In this document: piece by piece, positions 37,682 through 47,156 of the stretch | Numbering within the stretch: position 1 is the stretch's first letter | How the letters are laid out: each line of letters opens with the position of its first letter | IMG/VR virus record: IMGVR_UViG_3300042894_002524 | Location: 25,828-89,827 of that record | Strand: one strand, 5' to 3' | DNA: 64,000 nucleotides | Origin: a virus | Notes under the pieces: model-generated | What the model saw: only the letters and a program-made list of their open reading frames with translations | The model's database searches: none | Told to the model about the DNA's origin: nothing | Position numbers and translations under genes: made by a program

Positions 37682-39151
37682 TTATAATTGTATTTCTTTG
37701 AGCGATTGCGCATGGTCCACCTTTGCATGGTCTGATTGTTTCATTTTAGCAGAATACATTGCTGTCTTTACAGAATCTCGAATATTAAAACGATAAATAG
37801 ACAATGAAGAAGCTTCTTGCGAAAGAACCTTTTGCCCTTGAGCTACATGATAAAAATGAGGGACATGGAACATCTCATAATTACTTGTTGGTATGTCATT
37901 ATAGAATGGAGGTCTTTCACTCCATAAATCTAATAAGTTCTGTAAATACTCCGGCACTGGGGTGTTCGCTTGGTTTACCCACATTTCACTATCTCTTCTA
38001 TCAGATATGTAATGAAGATAGATCATTGATAAAATATTCTGCATCATGATGTTCATCTTCTTGTTGTATTCATTCTGAACAGCTGTATGACCAATCTTGT
38101 ATGAAGACAGATTCTCCACCAAACACCTCATTTGCTGAATTGTCCCGCCAATAGAAGACGCTTCGATTGGTTCAACAAAAGCAGAAGACAGACCAATTGC
38201 AACGCAATTCTTTACCCACATTTTCTCAAGATGACCGGGATCAAATTTAATAGTCTTTACTGGCTGAACTTGGAATCCCAGCAGAGCTGACACTTCAGAA
38301 ATAGCTTGATCGTCAGAGCAGAAGTTTGAGGAATAGACATACCCATTACCCCGTCTTTCCTGAGTTGGAATCTCCCAAACCCATCCATTCTGAATAGCCC
38401 TAGCCCGAGTGTAGGGTCTGATTTCCCCAGAAGGGTCAGATTGAGTCGGGAAAGGAATCGCCGAGTTCATCTGCAGGTGATTGGAGAAAGACTTCCATTT
38501 AGCATCACTCACCTCTGATATAAGAATGCGACTCATTCCTGATGCATCAATCCAAAACCCCGCCTCAAGCACATCCCCGTTTTCCAATAGAACTGATTCA
38601 ATATGCCCATTCTCATTATCCAAATTTGTTTGAACAATCTTGCTATCAATAAAACGAATATTTCTTTCTTTACATAATCTTGTCAAATACTTATTAAGAA
38701 GCACAGTATCAAAATGGAACTGATTCACTGACTCATGTGGTCCATTAGCGCGAACTTTGTTTTCTATCATCGCTCTTGATGAGATATTCTCAGTTAATGT
38801 TTTATTGTTCTCAATAAGACCATTATATAAACCGTAAAAGTTGTAATAACCGATAGTGCTTGCATCGCTAACGCTATGGAAGTAATCGGGGGTATGGCTT
38901 GTCCAATTCTCAAACCGAATCCCATTCTTATGCGTTGCTTTTGTTTCATTCAAAAGCTCTCCAAGAGAGATGTTGCATGCATCCATAAACATACGCCAAT
39001 GCTCTGTTGATCCCTCACCAACACCGATAATCCCTACTTGAGATGATGATATCACTGTGATATTCATCAAGGGAAAAGCTGACCGTAACATGATTGCCCC
39101 GACCAAGCCAGCTGTTCCACTTCCAATAATAGCTGTTTCAATATCAATCAT
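37682..39151 (-). CDS. Flavin-dependent (tryptophan halogenase-family) halogenase
   Basis: GSGTAG, IGVGEGS, catalytic-Lys region ATHKNG, WVWEIP (WxWxIP), FVEPIEAS. Confidence 0.93.
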   Translation of the reverse strand: MIDIETAIIGSGTAGLVGAIMLRSAFPLMNITVISSSQVGIIGVGEGSTEHWRMFMDACNISLGELLNETKATHKNGIRFENWTSHTPDYFHSVSDASTIGYYNFYGLYNGLIENNKTLTENISSRAMIENKVRANGPHESVNQFHFDTVLLNKYLTRLCKERNIRFIDSKIVQTNLDNENGHIESVLLENGDVLEAGFWIDASGMSRILISEVSDAKWKSFSNHLQMNSAIPFPTQSDPSGEIRPYTRARAIQNGWVWEIPTQERRGNGYVYSSNFCSDDQAISEVSALLGFQVQPVKTIKFDPGHLEKMWVKNCVAIGLSSAFVEPIEASSIGGTIQQMRCLVENLSSYKIGHTAVQNEYNKKMNIMMQNILSMIYLHYISDRRDSEMWVNQANTPVPEYLQNLLDLWSERPPFYNDIPTSNYEMFHVPHFYHVAQGQKVLSQEASSLSIYRFNIRDSVKTAMYSAKMKQSDHAKVDHAQSLKEIQL

Positions 39152-40215
39152 GAATTGATGTTCTTGACTCTTTTATATTGTGCTATATATTTCTTAATAT
39201 AGCCCGGTGTATTATCGGATTGGTAAATTGTTTCCAAGTCTGCAGAAGACGAAACTTTTATGTCATGCTCGAAGAAGTATTCAAACAATAATCCTTCAAA
39301 GTGTTTTAAATAATTATCAATTAGTGCATCATCGAATATATCTAAATCAAGGGATTCTTGTAGCTCATACAAGCTTGGATAAGAGTAGTGTCTTTTAATG
39401 TAGTTAGAAAAACTTTCTGGCATTTCATACTTACCTCTATTCTCAATCTCATTAGACCTCTCAAGGTCTCCCCTTATATATCTAGCTAAAGCCATATCGC
39501 CAGTTGATGATATAATTTCTGACATTATCTCATCATCCAAGTTTAAAGATTGTAAGAAAAGTACTGCACTGCTTGCGATTTCTTCTTGATTATTAAAAGG
39601 CTCTTCAGAAACAATAGACCACTCATGAAGCACTTTCATCATACCTGTCAAGGTTTTGGCTGCACAATATTCACCACGGGTATTCGCATTCAAGTTCCCT
39701 GTATTACTGGTCCCTATCCTGACAACATGACCGACACCAGTAACACTCAGGACATAGCAAATGCTTACAATATCGTAACCAGTTTGAGGCTCGTAAAAAG
39801 ATACCCCTCCTAGCTTCCTATAATCACATCGAACAAAATCATCCCTAATGCCTAAACCTTCTGTATTATAAGACTCATCAATAATAGAATTATTCTCTTG
39901 GACCTTAGACCCTAGGAAAAGGTAAAAGTTGTATCCGCTTTGAGTCGTTTCATTTAAAACAAAGTTCAAGGCTTTTGTATCAGAAGTCATCTGGACAAGA
40001 TCAACTTTTTGACCCGTTATCTTTAAGTCATGAAATCCAGCATAAGTTTCTTTCCTAAAACAAATAATAGTGCCAGAATCTATTTCGAAGAAATCGCACC
40101 CTAGGAAGTCCACATAGCCCGATTCAACCCGGACCTCTGCTTTGAATGGCTGTTTTTGGTCAGTAAATGCAAACCAAGAATAAGCATTGATATCGATATT
40201 ACTTAAACTACTCAT
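39148..40215 (-). CDS. Hypothetical protein
   Basis: Overlaps the oxygenase and halogenase genes; no recognised motif. Confidence 0.75.
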   Translation of the reverse strand: MSSLSNIDINAYSWFAFTDQKQPFKAEVRVESGYVDFLGCDFFEIDSGTIICFRKETYAGFHDLKITGQKVDLVQMTSDTKALNFVLNETTQSGYNFYLFLGSKVQENNSIIDESYNTEGLGIRDDFVRCDYRKLGGVSFYEPQTGYDIVSICYVLSVTGVGHVVRIGTSNTGNLNANTRGEYCAAKTLTGMMKVLHEWSIVSEEPFNNQEEIASSAVLFLQSLNLDDEIMSEIISSTGDMALARYIRGDLERSNEIENRGKYEMPESFSNYIKRHYSYPSLYELQESLDLDIFDDALIDNYLKHFEGLLFEYFFEHDIKVSSSADLETIYQSDNTPGYIKKYIAQYKRVKNINS

Positions 40216-40811
40216 CGGAACCATGTTACCAGACTATATTTTACACCGCTTTTGACGGGATGAGCAATATGAGTATATGGAAAATTAGACGGGAAAAGGA
40301 TCAAAGAATTTTTTTCTAGCTTCACTGTCAAGTCAAAATTGTTAAACTCCAACTCTCCGCCTTCAAAATTATCACCAAGACATGCAACCAAACTTAGAAC
40401 TCTTGAGTTATCAGGGCTATGGTCGTGATGGATATGATATTCCCCTCCATCCATATATTTCAGAAGAGAGAACCCTGAATCCGCTTTTAGATTCAAATCA
40501 AAACATGTTCTATAATCCCATATACATTCGTCAATCTTAGTAAAAATGTCATTCATAAAAATATCTTGAAGTGGTTTTAACTTTTCATTGATTGTTTCAG
40601 AAAAAAAAGGATTCATTGGCATTTCAAGAGATGTACGGTATTCGCTAGTTTGCTTTTGGTCACCATCCCCAGTTGCTGAGTACGACCAGTCAATTAATGC
40701 CCAGTCTTCTTCTGTCTCTTTCTCAACTAATTCACAAAAATTTTTACTATCAAAAGCATCTTTGTAAATCCAAATACAAGGCGCTTTTTCCTCTTTTTTA
40801 ATTGACAACAA
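40212..40811 (-). CDS. 2OG-Fe(II) oxygenase (prolyl 4-hydroxylase-like)
   Basis: LLKY..G..Y..HHD, FEGGEL, LFPSNFPYTH, PVKSGVKYSLVTWF. Confidence 0.93.
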   Translation of the reverse strand: MLSIKKEEKAPCIWIYKDAFDSKNFCELVEKETEEDWALIDWSYSATGDGDQKQTSEYRTSLEMPMNPFFSETINEKLKPLQDIFMNDIFTKIDECIWDYRTCFDLNLKADSGFSLLKYMDGGEYHIHHDHSPDNSRVLSLVACLGDNFEGGELEFNNFDLTVKLEKNSLILFPSNFPYTHIAHPVKSGVKYSLVTWFR

Positions 40812-41217
40812 AAGAAAACTCCTCTTCTATTTTTTGATCAACGACTATTCTACAGGAATAATCACCAACATCTTTACAGAGATGTATGAATTTTGCAACA
40901 TGAGATTCTTCGTATACAGGCTTTATTAGGTCATTATTAATAAACAAATCAACTTTATTCTTTATAACACAAAATTCATTTTTATATTTAATATTTTGGT
41001 GAAAACCTTCTTTAACGGATTTTAAAAAGAAATAACCTTTGTTTTGAGGCACAGAAACAACCAATACTTTTCCTCTATCAAAGTCTAAATCCGCTGTGTG
41101 GTCATTATCCCCAACTATAATCTGCAGATAGGTTTTTCTAGCGAGAGATGAAGCTTCTTCTAAAAATTCACTAGATGGACAATATATGACCCTATCCATA
41201 TTACTGAATCGAGTCAA
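40798..41217 (-). CDS. Hypothetical protein
   Basis: Overlapping ORF in a coupled run. Confidence 0.7.
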   Translation of the reverse strand: MTRFSNMDRVIYCPSSEFLEEASSLARKTYLQIIVGDNDHTADLDFDRGKVLVVSVPQNKGYFFLKSVKEGFHQNIKYKNEFCVIKNKVDLFINNDLIKPVYEESHVAKFIHLCKDVGDYSCRIVVDQKIEEEFSFVVN

Positions 41218-41434
41218 TAATGTTTTGAATATTTACAATTTTCTCGCTAAGAATATTCACTTGAGCATATGATGCAGCCTGAACTGGGTCTGTTATTTCT
41301 GAAGGGCTGGGGACAACGAAGGTTTCGGGGTTCTCCCCTAGCAATACGATTTCCCTGTAGTAATGCATCTCCAGTGTGTCCAACGCATGTTGAGCCATTT
41401 CTTTTTTCTTTTCATTTGAAAGTCTAAATTCCAT
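41201..41434 (-). CDS. Hypothetical small helical protein
   Basis: SD GAGGA; follows the His-rich gene. Confidence 0.7.
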   Translation of the reverse strand: MEFRLSNEKKKEMAQHALDTLEMHYYREIVLLGENPETFVVPSPSEITDPVQAASYAQVNILSEKIVNIQNIIDSIQ

Positions 41435-41442
41435 AAGTCCTC

Positions 41443-42921
41443 TTATTGATTCAATATAGTAAGAACAGTGCCTGATTGACCTGTTCCACCACCAGATACA
41501 GTACCACCAACCACTGATGTTGCTACTGTGTTAGCGATTGAATCTGTAACGATAATTATACCACCACCACCACCAGTTACGCCAGAAGCACCTGCTGTTG
41601 AAGAACCTGCCACACCAGCTGCTCCTCCGGGATATACGGTACTACCTTGCGATGAAACCGTTCCAGCATTTCTAGCTCTGAAGTGGGAGTGGTTATTGTC
41701 ATGATGGTGTCTGGGATAATTACGATGACCATGCGCTGCGGGGTAATGACCTTTACCGAATATCTGAAGCTCTGCGGGGTCATGGAAACTAAAATGGGGA
41801 ACATCATGAATTGGGTTATAGCTTCCACTATAATGAGAATATTCAAATGTGTAAGCGACTCCGGGCTGGTTTCTATGGGAATGGTTGTGAGGAATGCCGT
41901 TAATTGCAGTATAGGTTCCTGTTAAGCCATTAACATGAGGCGTATCATTAAAGTCACTAAAGTGGTGAGCAAAAGGTCCACCGGCTGCGTTTCCGCCATG
42001 ATCTGCATCCCAGTTTCCATACACCTGATTATGAGTATGATGAACATTTCCTACATGTACATAACGATATGTATAACCATGCAATCTGTTCTGCGTAGCA
42101 GGAACATGCCCTCCATGTGGAAGGGCTGGAGCTGCAACTGAAGCATGAGGACCAGTTGTTCCATCACCAGTTATATAGTGAGCTGAGTTGTCAGCGAGGT
42201 GAGTTAGTGTTTGGTTAGGAGCAGCACTACCCGCACTTCCTGTTGAGCTATTTGCTCCAACATTTGCATTTTGCCCTTGAGCCAAAATTGTTCCTGATCC
42301 AGTGATTTGCTTGGCAACAATGAGGACAATACCCCCGCCGATTCCGCCAGTTCCTCCAGCAGACGCAGGTGGTGTTGTTCCGGCTGTACCGGCTCCACCT
42401 GCAACAAGAGGGTTCCTTGTAAGAGAAGCAGCACCGCCTGCTGTTGCAGGGGTTACGGTTCCATTAGCCCCAGTTACACCACCGGCTCCGCCTCTTATTG
42501 CAGACACTGTTCCTGCGGTATCTACTACAATTCCAGATATTAATAATTCAAGATTTTTCTTATCCGAATCGGTTATTTGAGAAGCTGTGAAAGTATTACC
42601 ACCCGAGTTTCCTCCGAGAGATTTTGCGATATTACCAGAACTAAGGAGCATACGCTCTGCAAGGGTCGAATTAAAATAAAGTTGTTGTGGGATGACTCCA
42701 ATATTTCCATCAAGAGTCAAAGATCCCTTAACAAATACACGATAACCATTAGTGTTTAGATGAACACCATTATTAACCGTTAAATTGTTATAATACATAT
42801 CTCTAGACAGTGATGTGTTGGAAGCAATTACTGTGTTGCCGTCTGACCCCGTTCCGTAAACAGAGTCATTACCGATTCTCTGTACTTTTGCGGGTGAACC
42901 GAATTTCTCTAAGCCAGCCAT
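41443..42921 (-). CDS. Gly-rich adhesin-like virion protein with His-rich insertion
   Basis: DSVYGTGSDG...YYNNLTV...NTNGYRVFVK, GG repeats, 29 His in about 173 aa. Confidence 0.75.
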   Translation of the reverse strand: MAGLEKFGSPAKVQRIGNDSVYGTGSDGNTVIASNTSLSRDMYYNNLTVNNGVHLNTNGYRVFVKGSLTLDGNIGVIPQQLYFNSTLAERMLLSSGNIAKSLGGNSGGNTFTASQITDSDKKNLELLISGIVVDTAGTVSAIRGGAGGVTGANGTVTPATAGGAASLTRNPLVAGGAGTAGTTPPASAGGTGGIGGGIVLIVAKQITGSGTILAQGQNANVGANSSTGSAGSAAPNQTLTHLADNSAHYITGDGTTGPHASVAAPALPHGGHVPATQNRLHGYTYRYVHVGNVHHTHNQVYGNWDADHGGNAAGGPFAHHFSDFNDTPHVNGLTGTYTAINGIPHNHSHRNQPGVAYTFEYSHYSGSYNPIHDVPHFSFHDPAELQIFGKGHYPAAHGHRNYPRHHHDNNHSHFRARNAGTVSSQGSTVYPGGAAGVAGSSTAGASGVTGGGGGIIIVTDSIANTVATSVVGGTVSGGGTGQSGTVLTILNQ

Positions 42922-42922
42922 A

Positions 42923-43651
42923 TTAAACCAATTGGGAGTAGATTACCGAACCTGAAACACAGCTTGTTCCGCCAGTCACATCTGTTGTGATTCCTGATGG
43001 CATTGTTGCGTATGTTGATACCAGAATGATTACTCCACCTCCCCCTCCGCCTGCTCCAGTTGCTCCAGCAGCGTCTAAGAATGAACTTGTGGCTGAAATA
43101 TACCTTGCTCCAATTATAAGAACTCCACCGCCTACACCGTTTGCTCCTCCAGCTCCGCCTCTAAGGAAGAGTGGGGTTGTATTGCTTGCATTAAGCACAT
43201 AGCCCTTAATAGACTGAGTTGGCTGATACCAATAACCACTTGTTGTTGTCTTATCCCCAGTTCCGCCTTGAGCTACTGATGGAACAGTTGCAGTCTGTGT
43301 TGCACTGTTTCCACCGAGACTGTTTGTCACAGCACCGGAAATACCTCCACCGCCTTGGATTGTTCCAACACCGGAAAATCCTGTATTCATCGTGTATGTG
43401 TTTGCTGTACCAACACCGATTGTTGAGTTAGAACTAAGAGTAAGGAGGTTCTTCACAAAGACACGATAGCCAGCCGTGTTTAAAACAACATCTGAGTCAA
43501 CAGAAAGATTGTAGTAAAACTGATCAGATGTCAATGTTGTATTTGCAGAGATAGTAACCGATCCATCAGAACCAGTCCCGTAAACTGAGTCGGCAGCATC
43601 AGCGAATGAAGCAAAAGCATTAAGTGCGGGGTAGCGTTCAAGACCAGCCAT
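42923..43651 (-). CDS. Gly-rich adhesin-like virion protein (paralog lacking the His insertion)
   Basis: Same MAGLE start, DSVYGTGSDG, GYRVFVK, SLGGNS and GGGGG-hydrophobic motifs. Confidence 0.75.
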   Translation of the reverse strand: MAGLERYPALNAFASFADAADSVYGTGSDGSVTISANTTLTSDQFYYNLSVDSDVVLNTAGYRVFVKNLLTLSSNSTIGVGTANTYTMNTGFSGVGTIQGGGGISGAVTNSLGGNSATQTATVPSVAQGGTGDKTTTSGYWYQPTQSIKGYVLNASNTTPLFLRGGAGGANGVGGGVLIIGARYISATSSFLDAAGATGAGGGGGGVIILVSTYATMPSGITTDVTGGTSCVSGSVIYSQLV

Positions 43652-44010
43652 TATGCCTCCTCAAAACCCATAAACATGATATTCACAGCAGAGTTTGCGG
43701 AAGTGAAAGCAACAAGCTGATCGCTATTTGTAGCATTTGCTGTGTTTCCATTATTAGTAAGGACAATTGAACATCCAAAAGAAATTGTTTCATTCGCATT
43801 GATGTTGAATGCGCTCATAAAATCTTGAGTATTGGCTTCTGCGACTCCGGCTGGCTTGAGTCTGATTGTTACAGTTTTGGCAGAAGCTGTTGTGTTGCAC
43901 ATAACAATTTGTTTTACAATTGAAGTTGTGCTTAATGGAGTTGTGTATTGGACAGTGTTAGCCGTAGTAATCTGGGTAGGTCCAGCCAGTCTTTTCTGAT
44001 TAATAGCCAC
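43651..44010 (-). CDS. Small beta-rich virion protein (paralog of 49021..49356)
   Basis: SIVKxIxxCNxT...NET...IVL...GxE shared with its paralog. Confidence 0.7.
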   Translation of the reverse strand: MAINQKRLAGPTQITTANTVQYTTPLSTTSIVKQIVMCNTTASAKTVTIRLKPAGVAEANTQDFMSAFNINANETISFGCSIVLTNNGNTANATNSDQLVAFTSANSAVNIMFMGFEEA

Positions 44011-44300
44011 TACAAAACCTCCATATAGAATTTGATCATATTGTCACGAACAGTATTCTTATTCACCCATGAACTACCATTATATTCTAAAATCTGCCCT
44101 AATGCTGGGGTTGTAATAATGACATCGGTTAAAGCATCAAGATCTACAGAGCCTCCGCTGCTAAACTGGACAATTGTATTGGAACCGTTTTTGTAAAAAA
44201 TCTTTCCATCGGCATAGTTAAGCCCCAGCTCACCATGCTCAAGTGAGGCTGGGACTGCCGAGGCTGTTCCTGAGTTTTTAATTTTAATGGTATTAGCCAT
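44010..44300 (-). CDS. Short fibre segment/adapter
   Basis: MANTIKIK...PASLEHGEL N-domain; LTDV...GQILEYNGSSWVN fibre repeat. Confidence 0.75.
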   Translation of the reverse strand: MANTIKIKNSGTASAVPASLEHGELGLNYADGKIFYKNGSNTIVQFSSGGSVDLDALTDVIITTPALGQILEYNGSSWVNKNTVRDNMIKFYMEVL

Positions 44301-44312
44301 TGCTTCCTCCTA

Positions 44313-45401
44313 TCAGAAGGTTCCGCCATCTACTGTATCAGACCAGTTTGGAACACCTGATACAATCTTGAGGAATTGACCTTCTGTTCCAACACCACGC
44401 TTGGATAGGGTGTTTGTCGCTGATGCGTAAATCAAATCACCAGTCGTGTAAGAGGTAAGACCAGTACCGCCATAAACTGTACCGATAGATGTACCATTCC
44501 ATACACCAGTCGCAATGGTTCCAACTGATGTCAAACTTGAGTTTATGATTCCTGAACCCAAAGTGGTATTTGAAAGAACTGAGGTTCCATTTACATAATA
44601 TGATTTAGCAGAGGCTAGGTTGAAGTGCTCAGAAGATGTCCATGCATCTGTTGCATCGACCCAGTTAAGAGTCTTATCTGTTGCACCTTTAATTGTGAAA
44701 CCGGCACCGTCTGCAGTCGTGTCTGTTGGTGTATCAACATTTGCAAGAACAATATTCTTGTCCTCAACCGTTAAAGTTGCGGTATTAAGAGTTGTTGTAT
44801 TACCATTAACAACAAGATCTCCAGTGATTGTAAGAGTATTAGATATTGTAACATCAGCTGGAAGACTAATTGTTACCGCTCCAACGCCTGAGTTAGAAAC
44901 AGCGATTTGATTTGCAGTACCCGTAAGACCAGTGACAAGATTTGTAGCTCTATCACTAACTTGTGAAGCCGTAATGGAGATTGTTGTATTGCCAGCAGCA
45001 GTTAAACGACCATCCGCTTGAACAGTAAAGGTACCTACTGTTCCTGCACCACCATAAGAACCAGCCGTTACTGCTGTATTGCCAAGAGAAACTCCAGCAA
45101 TAGCACCATCAACATAAGCCTTGGTTGTGGCATGCGTGTTTGCCGTTGGTGTGGGGACAATAACAACACCACTAAATGTCTTATTACCAGTTACCGTCTG
45201 GACCCCGGAAAGTGTGAGGTAGGCACCTGAACCAGCAACTGCCTCAACAGTTGTGGCAGTTCCACCTGCTCCACCTGTTCCCTTACCGTAGTAGAGGACA
45301 TCATCTACTTCATTATATGCAAGTTCTGCATTTTCCAAAGAGGCTGGCGCACCAGCTGCTCCTCCAGAAGCCCTTCTTTTAATTCTAATTGTATTAGCCA
45401 T
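44313..45401 (-). CDS. Fibre protein
   Basis: MANTIRIK...PASLENAEL N-domain, QTVTGNKTF, ATTKAYVD, VTAGSY and GGTG repeats; ends DGGTF. Confidence 0.85.
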   Translation of the reverse strand: MANTIRIKRRASGGAAGAPASLENAELAYNEVDDVLYYGKGTGGAGGTATTVEAVAGSGAYLTLSGVQTVTGNKTFSGVVIVPTPTANTHATTKAYVDGAIAGVSLGNTAVTAGSYGGAGTVGTFTVQADGRLTAAGNTTISITASQVSDRATNLVTGLTGTANQIAVSNSGVGAVTISLPADVTISNTLTITGDLVVNGNTTTLNTATLTVEDKNIVLANVDTPTDTTADGAGFTIKGATDKTLNWVDATDAWTSSEHFNLASAKSYYVNGTSVLSNTTLGSGIINSSLTSVGTIATGVWNGTSIGTVYGGTGLTSYTTGDLIYASATNTLSKRGVGTEGQFLKIVSGVPNWSDTVDGGTF

Positions 45402-45402
45402 T

Positions 45403-45678
45403 TTAGTAATTACCTCCGTCTAGTAATGTATTTGCTATTGAGTGGATATGATCCGCTCTGCTTACTGCAGAACTGGTGCCAGCTGACCCGGTTCTTGCTA
45501 TATCTTGTGGAATATCGCTAGAAAGACTCAATGACGCTGCATTAATTGTAGCAGAAACATTTTGTAATACAGTGATATCACTATTTTGCACATTAACAGT
45601 TGTTATATCTGTATTACTAATACTTAATTGAGTAATATCAGATTGATTAATCTGTACTGTAGTTATTTCAGCTGGCAC
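45403..45678 (-). CDS. Short fibre adapter protein
   Basis: SRADHIH motif; ends LDGGNY; likely start GTG 45678. Confidence 0.65.
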   Translation of the reverse strand: MPAEITTVQINQSDITQLSISNTDITTVNVQNSDITVLQNVSATINAASLSLSSDIPQDIARTGSAGTSSAVSRADHIHSIANTLLDGGNY

Positions 45679-46006
45679 GAGTAACATCCCCTTGCACAAT
45701 CGCCTTACCAGCGAGCAAGGTGGTTACAACTGTACCGTTTGTTTGTTGGATGTCATAGTAATAAGTTCCAGAGGTTATTGTAGATGTTACATTAGCAGCC
45801 AGTGAGAACTGAACAACCCCATTTGCTCCATCAGTTATTTGAGAAGTAAACGAAACAATATTGTCCGTTGCAGTACGACCCAGCTTGATTTGACCAGAGT
45901 AGCTATGTGAGCTGATATTAATAACAGCGTTTGCACTATTTCTTAAACGAAGCTCATGAACATATGTATCACCAGCATATAAAACGATATCTCTTGCGCC
46001 AGCCAT
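45668..46006 (-). CDS. Ig-like fibre-attachment protein (BppU-N-like)
   Basis: AGDTY...DGANGVV...GTYYYDIQ...LLAG pattern. Confidence 0.7.
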   Translation of the reverse strand: MAGARDIVLYAGDTYVHELRLRNSANAVINISSHSYSGQIKLGRTATDNIVSFTSQITDGANGVVQFSLAANVTSTITSGTYYYDIQQTNGTVVTTLLAGKAIVQGDVTRAS

Positions 46007-46015
46007 GATACTTAA

Positions 46016-46044
46016 ATTTTAGACGATATTACGCTTGTTATCAA
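46016..46044 (-). promoter_or_regulatory. Sigma70/SigA-type promoter for the fibre-oxygenase-halogenase run
   Basis: TTGATA-17 nt-TAAAAT, 9 nt before ATG 46006. Confidence 0.65.
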
Positions 46045-46139
46045 CAAACGCAGTCTTCACAGCCACATGTACATTGGTCAGTGCATTCACAACCGCAGGT
46101 ACAACTTTTTGATCTTGACTTTTCTAATTCACTCATCAT
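46041..46139 (-). CDS. Metallothionein-like Cys-rich peptide (32 aa; absent from ORF track)
   Basis: MMSELEKSRSKSCTCGCECTDQCTCGCEDCVC; ATGA overlap with endolysin stop; double stop TGATAA. Confidence 0.75.
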   Translation of the reverse strand: MMSELEKSRSKSCTCGCECTDQCTCGCEDCVC

Positions 46140-46672
46140 GCACCGGGCTTTGGCAAAGCCTTCCATGCTGCTTCCATCTTTGCTGCATCTTTTGCAAATT
46201 CAGCTTCAAATTCTAGGTGCAACCACTTGCCCCCAAAACTTCCTGCATTATCTTTTGAATCATAAATCTTGACTGACTTTGGGTCCGAGCCTTCACCACG
46301 GGAGCAGCGATAACCTCTTCCGTAACCGGGCTTTCCATCTTTAGCATTTGCATCAAATGCATAATCATGGATTTCAACAATACCTAATTCTTTCGTATGT
46401 GCAAGGAACCAGTCCCACATAGCAAGACCGACTTTACGATCTGAATAACCAATATCGCATGCAGCTCCAGTTGAGTGAACACTAAGCCACTTTTCCATTC
46501 CGGGATCACCAATCTTCTTACCTTCTGTATGAGAGTTTCTCATCAATCTTGCGGAATATATTCCTAGATTTGTAGCCTTCCAACGGCGACCACAAGCGCC
46601 AACGAACCACTCAACGCCAGCTCCTGCTTTTTTTCCGTCAAAAGCGGGATAATAGGGGTACTTGCGAGCCAT
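46136..46672 (-). CDS. Endolysin, M15-like Zn peptidase
   Basis: SVHSTGAACD and WLHLE motifs; coupled to a holin-like gene; start MARKY. Confidence 0.75.
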   Translation of the reverse strand: MARKYPYYPAFDGKKAGAGVEWFVGACGRRWKATNLGIYSARLMRNSHTEGKKIGDPGMEKWLSVHSTGAACDIGYSDRKVGLAMWDWFLAHTKELGIVEIHDYAFDANAKDGKPGYGRGYRCSRGEGSDPKSVKIYDSKDNAGSFGGKWLHLEFEAEFAKDAAKMEAAWKALPKPGA

Positions 46673-46863
46673 TATTTGGTCTTTCCGAATGCTTGGTCTT
46701 TTGGATTTAGGTAACGCAAAACCACTGGAAGGGCTGCAGCCCAAAGAGCGTTGGCTGTCAATTTGATGTCACTGGTTGCAACATATGTTGCAACACCTGC
46801 ACCGAGTACGCTTCTTGCGTAAGAGGCAAGCATTGCCTTATTTTGTTCTGTAATTTTGATCAT
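46672..46863 (-). CDS. Holin-like protein
   Basis: LASYARS...AALPVVLRYLNPKD..FG; two hydrophobic segments. Confidence 0.75.
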   Translation of the reverse strand: MIKITEQNKAMLASYARSVLGAGVATYVATSDIKLTANALWAAALPVVLRYLNPKDQAFGKTK

Positions 46864-46907
46864 ATAATCTCCTTCGTGACATTAAATCACTATGTTAACA
46901 TTATACC

Positions 46908-47156
46908 TTACTCGTTATTTTTAGGCTGAGTCTTTACTCCGCCAAAGACAGCAGAGATTTCATCATCATCAAGCTTGCCATCATCAAGGAAAGCACTAGC
47001 TAGACCCTCAACAACTTTAGCGACTCCGCCAATCCCAGCCATAAAGATGGCTTGAGGGAGATTAACTCCAGCGATAGCGCCAGCTCCAATTACTCCAAGA
47101 CCAGATGCTCCGAATACAGCAAGTATTCTTAATAAAATATTATTAACTTTAGACAT
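46908..47156 (-). CDS. Small membrane protein (holin-like)
   Basis: Two hydrophobic segments then DDGKLDDDEI. Confidence 0.65.
   Translation of the reverse strand: MSKVNNILLRILAVFGASGLGVIGAGAIAGVNLPQAIFMAGIGGVAKVVEGLASAFLDDGKLDDDEISAVFGGVKTQPKNNE

Noticed and set aside
46081-46272. Plus-strand 63-aa ORF over the endolysin end
   Set aside because: Antisense to the endolysin and the Cys-rich peptide, which have better coupling and composition evidence.
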